Shown here in pieces: positions 39,582 through 48,378 of a stretch of DNA of 64,000 nt (position 1 is the first letter of the stretch; every line of letters starts with the position of its first letter). Position numbers and translations under genes: made by a program. The stretch covers positions 82,722 through 146,721 of the forward strand of contig JAUWYX010000002.1 of NCBI GenBank assembly GCA_030615625.1, given 5' to 3'. The stretch is from Dehalococcoidia bacterium. GTDB lineage: Bacteria; Chloroflexota; Dehalococcoidia; GIF9; AB-539-J10. Under the pieces are notes generated by a model that did no database searches, was not told the origin of the DNA, and saw only the letters and a list, made by a program, of their open reading frames with translations.

Positions 39582-41786
39582 GTGAAAAAGATATTTAGTA
39601 TCCTTTTTGCCCTGGTGCTGGTGGTGAGTTTGGGGCTGGCGTCGACGGCGCCAGTTTTGGCAGATGTTATTGATGTGCCCGGTGACTACCCCACTATCCA
39701 GCAAGCCATTGATGCTGCCTCGGATGGTGACACCATCATGGTGGCGGCGGGTTTGTATGAAGAGAATGTTGAGATTGACAAGTCGTTGACCTTAAAGGGC
39801 GCCCAGGCCGGGGTTGATGCCCGCAACCGCAGTGGCGCTGAGACGATTATTGAACCAGATGAAGGAACAGGGATAAGAATAATTACCGCTGACGACCGAG
39901 ACATCGAGATTGATGGTTTGACGGTGCAGAACGCTGAGCATGGAATCGCGACTCCGGAACCTGAAATGGCCGCTGATATTACCGTCAAAAACGTACGCGT
40001 GTTAAACCCCAGTGAATTCGGGATTAGCCTCACCTTCACCCTGAGAGCAACGATTGAGTATTGCTATGTGGAAGGTGCGACACAAGCCATTAACGCGGGT
40101 GCCCTCGAGCCGTTTCCTCCGACTGTGGCGACCTTCAGGAACAACAAAGTCGTTAACTCGAGGTTTGGCATCACCGGGTACCTCGAAGAAGATTCGCTTA
40201 TCGAAGGCAACGAGGTGAGGGACTTCGTTGCTGGGGGCATAGGCATCAGTGGGTCGTTCCTTAACACCGAAATCAGGAATAACACAGTAACCGGCTATGT
40301 CGATGGCGCGGGCATGAGTTTCGAGGAGCACTACGGCCGCGACCTTTCTGAGAATGTGACTGTGGAAGGTAATACCTTCACAGAGAATAAGCTCGGTATC
40401 TATGTGTTTGATACGCAGACAACACTTACTGGAATCACCGTTAATTTCAACAACATCGCCGACAACTCTCGGTATGGTGTGTGGAACGAGGGAGGCGAGA
40501 CACTGGACGCCACCAAGAACTGGTGGGGCGCTGCCAGCGGACCCGGTAGAGTGGGACCGGGTGACGGCGATGGCGTCTCTACAAAGGTGTTTTACTCGCC
40601 GTGGCTGGGTGCCCAGGTCGGCACCGAGCCAATGACCTGGGGCGTGGACCCGACGAGTTCTATCCAGGACGCCATTGATGCGGCAGCCCATGGCGACACC
40701 ATCATAGCGGCGGAGGGGAAATACGAGGAGGACTTGAATATCGACAAGTCTCTGAACCTCCAGTCGGCAGGCGGGATTGAAGTGACTACTATTACCGGCT
40801 CTGTCAGTATAGAACTGGACGCTGAGATAGTCTTCATTGGTGGAGATGACGCTGGGTTCACCATCGATGCTGATGGTGGTGACTTCGCCTTATGGTTTTC
40901 CATCAACAATGAAAGCGAGGTCTCCATCAGTCACAATGTACTCGCTGGTGCTGTAGATGGCATAACCACCCGGAGCGGCCTGCTGGACAACAGCACCGTC
41001 ACCATCGGGGATAACCAAATCCACGAAAATGACTACGGAATCTACCTGGAATCCGTTGCCGGCGACAGCACCGTGCTCATCAACTCTAACCGCCTCGCTG
41101 GAAACGACGGTTACGGGCTCTACGTCGAAGACAGCGCCGTTATCGTTGACGCCACCTCCAACTGGTGGGGCGATGCCAGCGGACCCAGTGGTGGCGTGAC
41201 CGATCCTGTTACCGGAAAGATTGCGGATGGCACCGGAGATGCTGTTTCGGAACATGTCCACTTTGACCCCTGGCTGCTGACTTATCAATATGCCCTCACA
41301 ATCTCCAGCACCGGTGGGGGTTCAGTAGTCGTCCCTGGCGAGGGGATTTTTACCTATGAGCCTGGAACGGTGGTTGACCTGATAGCGATTACAGACACTT
41401 TCTATAACTTCTACGCGTGGACTGGAGATGTGGGCAACATCGCTAATGTCAACGGCGCAGCAACCAACATCACTATGAACGACAACTATTCTATAACAGC
41501 CAACTTCAATTTTGGGCCGTTTGGGTGGTGCTTCATCGCTACCGCAGCCTACGGTACCGATACAGCAAAGGAGTTAGCCATCCTGAGAGAGTTCAGGGAC
41601 GAGGTCCTGCTGCCTAACAGCTTGGGTGTTATGCTTGTATCTCTCTACTATAAAACCAGCCCTTTCATAGCCAACTTTATCTCCCAACACGAGGTCCTGA
41701 GAACAGCGGTGAGAGTGGGCTTCGTTGACCCAATTGTGAAAATATTAACTTGGACTCAGGGTTTATGGTTGGCGGGAGGCTCATGA
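39582..41786 (+). CDS. Secreted right-handed beta-helix (pectate-lyase/NosD-like) protein with two beta-helix modules, one InlB-B-type repeat and the conserved C-terminal module
   Basis: Signal peptide MKKIFSILFALVLVVSLGLA. There are two modules beginning PGDYPTIQQAIDAASDGDTIMVAAGLYEE and SSIQDAIDAAAHGDTIIAAEGKYEE. Each ends with the NWWG-ASGP...F-PWL motif. The InlB-B-type repeat is ...VVDLIAITDTFYNFYAWTGDV...ITANF. The C-terminus is WCFIATAAYGTDTAKELAILREFRD...SPFIANFI. GTG start with a GGGGGAGAAG RBS. Confidence 0.6.
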   Translation: MKKIFSILFALVLVVSLGLASTAPVLADVIDVPGDYPTIQQAIDAASDGDTIMVAAGLYEENVEIDKSLTLKGAQAGVDARNRSGAETIIEPDEGTGIRIITADDRDIEIDGLTVQNAEHGIATPEPEMAADITVKNVRVLNPSEFGISLTFTLRATIEYCYVEGATQAINAGALEPFPPTVATFRNNKVVNSRFGITGYLEEDSLIEGNEVRDFVAGGIGISGSFLNTEIRNNTVTGYVDGAGMSFEEHYGRDLSENVTVEGNTFTENKLGIYVFDTQTTLTGITVNFNNIADNSRYGVWNEGGETLDATKNWWGAASGPGRVGPGDGDGVSTKVFYSPWLGAQVGTEPMTWGVDPTSSIQDAIDAAAHGDTIIAAEGKYEEDLNIDKSLNLQSAGGIEVTTITGSVSIELDAEIVFIGGDDAGFTIDADGGDFALWFSINNESEVSISHNVLAGAVDGITTRSGLLDNSTVTIGDNQIHENDYGIYLESVAGDSTVLINSNRLAGNDGYGLYVEDSAVIVDATSNWWGDASGPSGGVTDPVTGKIADGTGDAVSEHVHFDPWLLTYQYALTISSTGGGSVVVPGEGIFTYEPGTVVDLIAITDTFYNFYAWTGDVGNIANVNGAATNITMNDNYSITANFNFGPFGWCFIATAAYGTDTAKELAILREFRDEVLLPNSLGVMLVSLYYKTSPFIANFISQHEVLRTAVRVGFVDPIVKILTWTQGLWLAGGS

Positions 41787-41866
41787 ACGTAACAGCAATC
41801 CCGGGCACTAAGTAAACCCTAGGGGGAGCCATTGTAGTTGAGGCAAGCCCGACAAAACTTCGAAAA

Positions 41867-41903
41867 ACCGCTTGACGGTATAGAGGATGTGATATAATAA
41901 TTC
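41867..41903 (+). promoter_or_regulatory. Putative sigma-70-type promoter (CTTGAC -35, 18-nt spacer, extended -10 TGATATAAT) of the second beta-helix gene
   Basis: AAAACTTCGAAAAACCGCTTGACGGTATAGAGGATGTGATATAATAA, with the same architecture as the element 1 promoter module. Confidence 0.5.
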
Positions 41904-42010
41904 AGAAAATTGTAACATGCATTTAATTAACAGGATTTTAACACAAATAGTTTATTATACTGTAAGCCGAAGATTTTGGGGAAAGTGAACTGTTACGAAG
42001 GAGGTGAAGA

Positions 42011-43630
42011 ATGAAAAGGATATTTAGTATCCTGTTTGCCCTGGTGCTGGTGGTGAGCCTGGGGCTAGTGATGGCGACGCCGGTTTCGGCAGGCAACATT
42101 ATTCATGTGCCCGATGACTACGAAACTATCCAAGAAGCCATTGATGCGGCAGGCTCTGGCGACACCATCACAGTGGCGGCGGGGACATGCGCCGCCTTCC
42201 AGGTGCAGGGAAAGACAAATATAAGCATAATCAGCGCTGAGGGGGCAACCGTTACTACCGCAAACTGTTTTACGGTTGACATCGGGCCAATAGTAGGGGA
42301 CGTATGGGTCATGGCTGCGGTGAATGCGTCAGAAAACATCAATATTGAGGGTATTAACTTTGATGGAACCGAGCTCAGCGAAGAAGAAAATGTTTGCGGC
42401 ATCGCCTACCTTGACAGCACAGGGAGACTTGCTGACCTGACGATGGCAAACATTATCGGCACCGAATGGTATTTGGGGGGGGTGGCTATCATAGGTGATG
42501 TCGGCACCTCTGTGGTGAACCTCTCAGGCGTCACCGTCGAGAACTCAGGTGCGGGTGTCGCCATATTGAATGCTGAGACCAATCTTGACGGCTGTACCAT
42601 TACAGAGAATTGGCTAGCAGGTATCCTAATAGGTTGGCCGCTTGACGGGTTCGATCCGTCCACTGCAGAGGTGAAAGGGTCCACAATCTCTAACAACTAC
42701 GGTACAGGCATAGCTGTTTTCGATGATTCTACCCTGGAAGCTCACTTCAACAACATCGTCGGCAACACTGATTTTGGTTTGTGGAACGATGGAGGTGGGA
42801 CGGTGGACGCCACCTACAACTGGTGGGGCGATGCCAGCGGACCATACCACCCCATAGCTAACCCTGGCGGTGAGGGCAATCCCGTCAGCGATGATATGAA
42901 TTTCGAGCCCTGGCTGGAGGCTGAGGCGGTAACAGAGACGGTAACCGATGGCACCGTTGATGCCACGGACGAGGCTGACACCGAGGTTGAGGTAGACGGC
43001 ACAGCTACGGTAACCGTGGCTCCGTATGACGATAATCCCGGCGGGTCCGCTCCAACCGGCTTCAGCTCACAGGATAAATATATCGATGTCTACGTTCCCG
43101 ATACTACGGAAGTCACCGAGCTTGAGATAAGGCTTTACTATACCGATGCTGAAGTAGAGGCGGCAGACGTCGACGAAGAATCGCTACGGCTCTTCTGGTG
43201 GAACGACACTGCCTGGGTGCAGTGCTCAGACGGCGGAGTCAATACCGCCAGCACCAATGGCTACAGCGGTTATATGTGGGCAAAAATAAGAAATAATACC
43301 ACGCCGTCTCTGGCCGACTTGCAGGGGACGGAATTTGGTGGTTATGGCCATCCGTCGGAAACTCCGGGAGGTTGTTTTATCGCTACCACAGCCTACGGTA
43401 CCGATACAGCCAAGGAACTAGACATCCTGAGAGAGTTCAGGGACGAGGTTCTGCTGCCCAACAGCCTAGGCGCCGAGTTTGTATCTCTCTATTATAAAAC
43501 CAGTCCGCCCATAGCCAACTTTATCTCCCAACACGAGGTTCTAAGAACAGCGGTGAGGGTGTGCTTTATTGACCCGATTGTGAAAGTATTAAATTGGAGC
43601 CACGATTTATGGTCGGCGAGAGGCTCATGA
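42011..43630 (+). CDS. Secreted beta-helix protein, paralogue of 39582..41786 with a divergent central region and the same C-terminal module
   Basis: The signal peptide and first ~55 codons are ~85% nucleotide-identical to the upstream paralogue. It has the NWWGDASGP motif, an acidic Thr/Glu/Asp-rich linker, and the C-terminal GGCFIATTAYGTDTAKELDILREFRD...SPPIANFI. The last ~260 bp plus the 3' flank are ~90% identical to 41535-41830. Confidence 0.6.
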   Translation: MKRIFSILFALVLVVSLGLVMATPVSAGNIIHVPDDYETIQEAIDAAGSGDTITVAAGTCAAFQVQGKTNISIISAEGATVTTANCFTVDIGPIVGDVWVMAAVNASENINIEGINFDGTELSEEENVCGIAYLDSTGRLADLTMANIIGTEWYLGGVAIIGDVGTSVVNLSGVTVENSGAGVAILNAETNLDGCTITENWLAGILIGWPLDGFDPSTAEVKGSTISNNYGTGIAVFDDSTLEAHFNNIVGNTDFGLWNDGGGTVDATYNWWGDASGPYHPIANPGGEGNPVSDDMNFEPWLEAEAVTETVTDGTVDATDEADTEVEVDGTATVTVAPYDDNPGGSAPTGFSSQDKYIDVYVPDTTEVTELEIRLYYTDAEVEAADVDEESLRLFWWNDTAWVQCSDGGVNTASTNGYSGYMWAKIRNNTTPSLADLQGTEFGGYGHPSETPGGCFIATTAYGTDTAKELDILREFRDEVLLPNSLGAEFVSLYYKTSPPIANFISQHEVLRTAVRVCFIDPIVKVLNWSHDLWSARGS

Positions 43631-43689
43631 GCGTAACAGCAATCTCGGGCACTAAGTAAACCCTAGGGGGAGTGAAGAGAAACGGTGTA

Positions 43690-43714
43690 AGAGCCGAGGC
43701 TCAGCCTCGGCTCT
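43690..43714. repeat. Palindromic hairpin element (10-bp stem GAGCCGAGGC / GCCTCGGCTC)
   Basis: AGAGCCGAGGCTCAGCCTCGGCTCT. A second, near-identical 13-bp-stem copy lies at 58379-58408. No U-tract follows. Confidence 0.5.
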
Positions 43715-43875
43715 CCCTTTATGGTGCTCTTGGTTTAGTTATCGTGGCACCCTGGATTGCTATAGCGGTGGTCATTATAGTTGGGGCAGGCGCTGAAAAA
43801 CAGGCCAGAATTTTAACAACGTACACCGACTTGTCGGTGCTGTACCTCAAAGACAAAACCTTGCTTACATCGGGG

Positions 43876-44040
43876 TAACAGATTAGGTTTCCCAAAAACC
43901 TGAAGGGGTCTCTGGCTCATCAAATTGCTACTATGGGTCGTATGAGAGCCGGCACCCAGCCTGTGTCACCAGATTCACCGATTTTCTACCAGATGCGGAT
44001 GATTTTATGTAAAATTTGCCAAGCACAGACACTTAAGTGG
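43876..44040. repeat. Element 1 copy b
   Basis: GGTAACAGATTAGGTTTCCCAAAAACCTGAAGGGGTCTCTGGCTCATCAAATTGCTACTATGGGTCGTATGAGAGCCGGCACCCAGCC...; upstream of the DUF169 gene. Confidence 0.6.
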
Positions 44041-44119
44041 TGTGATAGACTACAAATTAAGACTCTGAGGAAACTAAATTATTATTTATTATGTATGCTT
44101 ACCAAAGGAGGAACATAAC

Positions 44120-44911
44120 ATGGCAAATCTAAAACAAATCGATGAGGCGTTGACTTATTATGTGCGGCCACAAACCTTTCCACTTGCGATCAGGATGTGC
44201 GAATCCAAAGAAGAACTCCCTGATAAGACTAGGACACCCCAAAAAGACATAGGAATAACTGTTTCGTTGTGTCACGCAATTAATATGGCGCGGCGCTATG
44301 GCTGGACTATAGCTGTTGACAAGTTTCAGAGCTGTTACGTTGCTGGTATAAGTATGGGATTCTTACCTCTGCTGCCAGATGTCGTTGATGGGAGCTTCCA
44401 GGAGTCCCTTGGGTTATGGGGAATGAACAAAAAACAGGCAGCAGCGGCTATTCAAAACCTTCCCAAATTTGAATATGGTAAGTACAAGAATGTACTCATG
44501 AGTCCTCTAAACAGAGCTACCTTCGAACCACATCTTATCCTGGTTTATGGCAATCCCGCTCAAATATGGATGCTCCTTACGGGTTACCTCACTGGGACAG
44601 GTAAGACAGGTCTAGACACCACTTTGGCTATAGGAGCCGGATGTACAACCTATATCACCCGGACTATCGAAAAAGACGAGTGCCAATTCGCCTTGTTAAG
44701 CCTTGGTGAACGGCTGATTCCTCACACTCAAGATTATGAATGTGCCTTTTCGATACCCATGAGCAAGATTGAGAAAACGATTCAAGGTTTGGAAATAGGT
44801 CATAAGATTGGTGTTTTCAGGTATCCGCTTCCCACGTTTTTGAGATATGACTCACCGCATCCACCCGGATATGACAAAATGCTGAGTCATCTGCTGGGAA
44901 AAGAATCTTAG
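44120..44911 (+). CDS. DUF169-family (COG2043-like) protein
   Basis: About 263 aa, with size and sequence character consistent with DUF169; assignment from memory and tentative. RBS AAAGGAGG. Confidence 0.4.
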   Translation: MANLKQIDEALTYYVRPQTFPLAIRMCESKEELPDKTRTPQKDIGITVSLCHAINMARRYGWTIAVDKFQSCYVAGISMGFLPLLPDVVDGSFQESLGLWGMNKKQAAAAIQNLPKFEYGKYKNVLMSPLNRATFEPHLILVYGNPAQIWMLLTGYLTGTGKTGLDTTLAIGAGCTTYITRTIEKDECQFALLSLGERLIPHTQDYECAFSIPMSKIEKTIQGLEIGHKIGVFRYPLPTFLRYDSPHPPGYDKMLSHLLGKES

Positions 44912-44934
44912 CGAGGCGGGTCTCAGCCCTTATC

Positions 44935-45005
44935 CCCAATTTGCCGATTCTTTTGCCAATCCAAAAAATTCCGAAAAATGCTTGCCAGCGCGGGGCGTGA
45001 TATAA
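44935..45005 (+). promoter_or_regulatory. Promoter module (A-tract, CTTGCC -35-like, extended -10 GTGATATAAT) shared with element 1
   Basis: TTTTGCCAATCCAAAAAATTCCGAAAAATGCTTGCCAGCGCGGGGCGTGATATAATATG parallels the 3' half of element 1 (TTTTTACCAATCCGAGAAATTCCAAAAACTCTTGATGG...GTGATACAATAG) and the GCGCGGGGGGTGTGATATAATA box at 6317-6341. Confidence 0.5.
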
Positions 45006-45072
45006 TATGAACCAAGATTCTGGAAAGCTAAACCATTACAGATTTAGTTATCCATTGAGCAAGGAGGGAACA

Positions 45073-46605
45073 ATGAGGACAAAAGAGCAGTATATACAGG
45101 GTCTGGCAAAAATGAAGCGAAACATTTACTTCAATGGCGCGCTAATCGACCATACAGACGAGCTACAGATGGACTGTATAAATACCATCGGCACCACATT
45201 TGACGAGGCTCTCAAGCCAGAGAACCAGGACCTGTGCACCGCCATTTCTCATCTCACCGGCGAGCGTATCAGCCGCTTCACCCACATCCACCAGAACACC
45301 GACGACCTGCACAAGAAGCAGGACATGACCCGCATGCTCTGCCAGAAGGTAGCCGGCTGCATCCAGCGGTGCATGGGCATTGACGCCACCAATGCCGTCT
45401 ACAACGTTTCTTACGAAGCGGACAAGATGAACAAAGGCGCCACACAGTACCACGAGAACTTCAAGAAGTGGCTTATTCGCTTCCAAACAGAAGACCTGGT
45501 GGGCTGCTGCGCCCAGACGGACGTCAAGGGCGATAGGATGCTCAGGCCTGCTGACCAGCCAAACCCGGATGCCTACGTACGGATTAAAGAGAGGCGCAGT
45601 GATGGCATCATCGTCAGCGGCTGCAAGTTACACATCTCCGAGGCATCAGTTGCTGATGAGATACTGGTGGTGCCGACACGAGCGTTGCGTCCAGAGGACA
45701 AGGACTACGCCGTCGCCTTCGCCATCCCGGGCGATTGGGAAGGACTGAAACAGATTGTTACCGTCCATAACCTCAGGCCCAGAGAACACTTCAAGCGTGG
45801 CTTCCTGCCCGGAGCCACAGATTCCTATATGATATTTGACAACTGCTTCGTGCCCTGGGAAAGAGTCTTCCTCGCCGGCGAATGGCAGCATGGCGGCGTG
45901 CTGGCTCTCCTCTTCGCCCTTTTCCACCGCCACTCCTATTCTGGCTGCAAACCGGCTCTTGGCGACGTACTTTTGGGAACCGCGTCACTTGCTGCCGAGG
46001 TGAATAACATCCACAAGACACCCGGCGTCCGGAAGAAGCTGGCTGAAATTATCATGGTCACCGAGCTGGGTTATGCTGCGGGATACACAGCCTCTGCCCT
46101 GGGCAAGCCAGAGGTCTACATACCCGGGGTGGGATTTGTGCCCTATGGCCCCGGCTCCTATATACCCAATTCAATTTACTGCAACGTCGGCCGCTGCCTG
46201 ACGGGTGAGGCAGTCTATCATGAAGCTGAGATGCTCTGCGATATCACCGGCGGCGTGGTAGCCACCTTCCCACACGAGAAAGATTTCCTGAACCCCGAGA
46301 CCCGTGACTTTCTACTGAAATACACAAAGCGCAATCCGGACATGCCCGTGGAGGATCAGGCACAGCTATGGCGTTATCTGAGTGATGTGCTCTGCTCAGC
46401 GACCGGAGGCATACACAATGTCGGCAGTTACCATGGTGGTGGCTCACCTATCATGGAACAAATCGCCATCACTACCCAGTACGACATCGAGTCCAGGAAG
46501 AAGCTGGTCAGGTACATCGCCGGCATGAGCGGTGGCGACCCTGATGCCCTGAGCAAAAAGATGACTCAGCCAAGCAAGATACCCGCCGAGGCAGCCAGGC
46601 GGTAA
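45073..46605 (+). CDS. 4-hydroxybutyryl-CoA dehydratase / 4-hydroxyphenylacetate 3-hydroxylase (HpaB/AbfD) family flavoprotein
   Basis: MRTKEQYIQGLAKMKRNIYFNGALI..., FTHIHQNTDDLHKKQDMTRMLCQKVAGCIQRCMGIDATNAVY, and DKDYAVAFAIPGD closely parallel the AbfD-type family. ATG at 45073 after AAGGAGGGA. Confidence 0.7.
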   Translation: MRTKEQYIQGLAKMKRNIYFNGALIDHTDELQMDCINTIGTTFDEALKPENQDLCTAISHLTGERISRFTHIHQNTDDLHKKQDMTRMLCQKVAGCIQRCMGIDATNAVYNVSYEADKMNKGATQYHENFKKWLIRFQTEDLVGCCAQTDVKGDRMLRPADQPNPDAYVRIKERRSDGIIVSGCKLHISEASVADEILVVPTRALRPEDKDYAVAFAIPGDWEGLKQIVTVHNLRPREHFKRGFLPGATDSYMIFDNCFVPWERVFLAGEWQHGGVLALLFALFHRHSYSGCKPALGDVLLGTASLAAEVNNIHKTPGVRKKLAEIIMVTELGYAAGYTASALGKPEVYIPGVGFVPYGPGSYIPNSIYCNVGRCLTGEAVYHEAEMLCDITGGVVATFPHEKDFLNPETRDFLLKYTKRNPDMPVEDQAQLWRYLSDVLCSATGGIHNVGSYHGGGSPIMEQIAITTQYDIESRKKLVRYIAGMSGGDPDALSKKMTQPSKIPAEAARR

Positions 46606-46680
46606 CAGGTAAGCCTTTCCCAAAAACCTGAAGGGGTCTCTGGCTCATCAGCTTGCTGGAGACAGTTTCCAAAATGGCCG
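46602..46680. repeat. Element 1 copy c (5' part only, truncated)
   Basis: CAGGTAAGCCTTTCCCAAAAACCTGAAGGGGTCTCTGGCTCATCAGCTTGCT, immediately after the stop of the AbfD-family gene. Confidence 0.55.
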
Positions 46681-46749
46681 CCGATATAAATCTTGATAAG
46701 CTGGGCGTTAGTATGTCATTCCTAGCCAACTTATAAATATTATGTCAAT

Positions 46750-46927
46750 CAGATCAGAACTGCAAATCCCCCGTGGTTTGGCTCTGCCGATGGTTTCGCA
46801 AAATCAAACTATCCTTACCGGGTCGACATCTATAGTCCAGCCCCGCGGCAAAGTGAGCCGGGATAACATCCGAGTTGAGTCAGGGCCGCGGAGGAAGAGT
46901 TGCCAGCGATACCGGCCCCTGGCCCTG
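46750..46927. repeat. Element 2 copy (degenerate duplicate of the priA 3' end plus downstream sequence)
   Basis: CAGAACTGCAAATCCCCCGTGGTTTGGCTCTGCCGATGGTTTCGCAAAATCAAAC...GGGTCGACATCTATAGTCCAGCCCCGCGGCAAAGTGAGCCGGGATAACATCCGAGTTGAGTCAGGGCCGCGGAGGAAGAGTTGCCAGCGATACC matches 58006-58200 and, from AATCAAACC onward, the native priA 3' end at 61609-61740. Confidence 0.65.
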
Positions 46928-47005
46928 CTCCCTTGAAGTTCTGTACCCTACGCTATGATCCGAAGCCTCAATTCCTACCTTTGAGCTTTGAGGCGTTCGA
47001 TGTGC

Positions 47006-48118
47006 TCAAATCCCATCCAGCCGGTGAGACACCCTCTCCTCCGTTATCCCCAGTTTGGCGGCAATTTCCTTCTTCTCCAGCCCAGCTTTCTTCAACCTGA
47101 ATATCTCCTTTGTCTGTTTTCCCTTCTCTTCCTTTCTGCCAGCTATTTCCTTTATGTCAAAGATGTGCCCTATCGCTTTTGTCTCTATAAGCTTCTTCTC
47201 TTCCATGCCGGCAAAGACCTTCTCGCCCGCTTCAGTCCGGATTATCACTGTTGACCACCCCTCGGCGGAGCCATCGCTGCCGATGGCGATATCGGCCAGG
47301 TCAACAGCGAAATCCCGGCAAACCAGGCAATGCCTGGGGACACAGCTCTTGACCTCGGTTATGGGCAAAGACAGCTTCTTCCCGCCGGCATATATGTTGA
47401 ACTCATCGGAAATATCCAGCTTATCTACCTGGTTGATATCCACCCCCTTTGCTCTGACTTTCTCTGCTATACCGGCATATTCGTAGTTTTCGCGGCAGAA
47501 CAGTCCTACGGTAAGTTTCACCGGTGATGCCAGAGGTAGGCCTTTGTGCTTCAGGTATCTTATCGACTGTATATGGCACGGGGAACCCACAACGCAGATT
47601 TTGCTCAGTCCGCGGTCAACAACAGCAGCTCGCAACGCCTTCAGCACCGGCACCACGCCGTATTTGGTACCAGCTGCCTGGATAATCTCATCCCTGGTCC
47701 TGGCAATACAGGCTATCGGTGCCCAGCCGTCTCTGCCAACTACCAGTGCCCCGTCTATGACGCCGCTGTCCAGTGCGTACAGAAGTAGCGTGGTTACGAT
47801 TCCACCGTTCTGGCAGGTTCTTTCAATTTCTGTGTCTTTTGTTCTTGCCGTCACCGCACGCCTGTATAGCCCTATTCTTTCCTTTTTTCCCCAGCCGATG
47901 GTGCTGCCCTCTATAGCCTTCATCAGATCGTGCCTGAGCATGTAGCAGGCTTCGTAACAGATACTGCAACCCACGCAATCCATGGTGCGCTTGGTCCGCT
48001 TCGGCTTGCCCTCAACAAACTTGATGTGAAAGCTGGGGCAGGCCAGAATACATGCCCCACATACCGTGCACTCCCCCGTGTCTATTATCTTGGCCTCTAA
48101 ATCTTCATAGCTCGGCAT
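47006..48118 (-). CDS. F420-hydrogenase/dehydrogenase beta-subunit-like (FrhB/FdhB family) FeS-flavoprotein with C-terminal helix-turn-helix
   Basis: N-terminal 2x[4Fe-4S] ferredoxin motifs (CTVCGACILACP, CVGCSICYEACY), a FrhB_FdhB core, and C-terminal KKEIAAKLGITEERVSHRL (HTH-like). The ATG at 48118 is preceded by AGGAG. Confidence 0.55.
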   Translation of the reverse strand: MPSYEDLEAKIIDTGECTVCGACILACPSFHIKFVEGKPKRTKRTMDCVGCSICYEACYMLRHDLMKAIEGSTIGWGKKERIGLYRRAVTARTKDTEIERTCQNGGIVTTLLLYALDSGVIDGALVVGRDGWAPIACIARTRDEIIQAAGTKYGVVPVLKALRAAVVDRGLSKICVVGSPCHIQSIRYLKHKGLPLASPVKLTVGLFCRENYEYAGIAEKVRAKGVDINQVDKLDISDEFNIYAGGKKLSLPITEVKSCVPRHCLVCRDFAVDLADIAIGSDGSAEGWSTVIIRTEAGEKVFAGMEEKKLIETKAIGHIFDIKEIAGRKEEKGKQTKEIFRLKKAGLEKKEIAAKLGITEERVSHRLDGI

Positions 48119-48378
48119 ATATTTATACTCCTGCTTCGGGAATAACAAGCCAGGCTATTTTACCAGACATAGTTTCAGGATGTCAGACTCACCCTGACTC
48201 AGATGTGCACCACGCGATCTTAATAGGCCACAACTACATGTTTGATAAGCACAGCAGAACATGCCCTAGGTGTCTCCTGTTCTCAGGAGCTACACCACAC
48301 AATACGAATCCTGAAGGTCACTCATGGACCGAGGGCACACAGGCAGATGTTCCATACTACACCTAAAAGCTATTCGCT

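Noticed and set aside
40002-43002. Multiple minus-strand ORFs inside the beta-helix genes (for example 40002..40691, 40592..40927, 40890..41288, 42118..42850)
   Set aside because: They are antisense to well-supported coding frames with signal peptides and repeat motifs. The repetitive GC-rich coding sequence keeps opposite frames open by chance.
46742-46936. 64-aa plus-strand ORF
   Set aside because: It lies within the element 2 repeat, antisense to the priA-derived sequence. Arginine and proline-rich junk translation.
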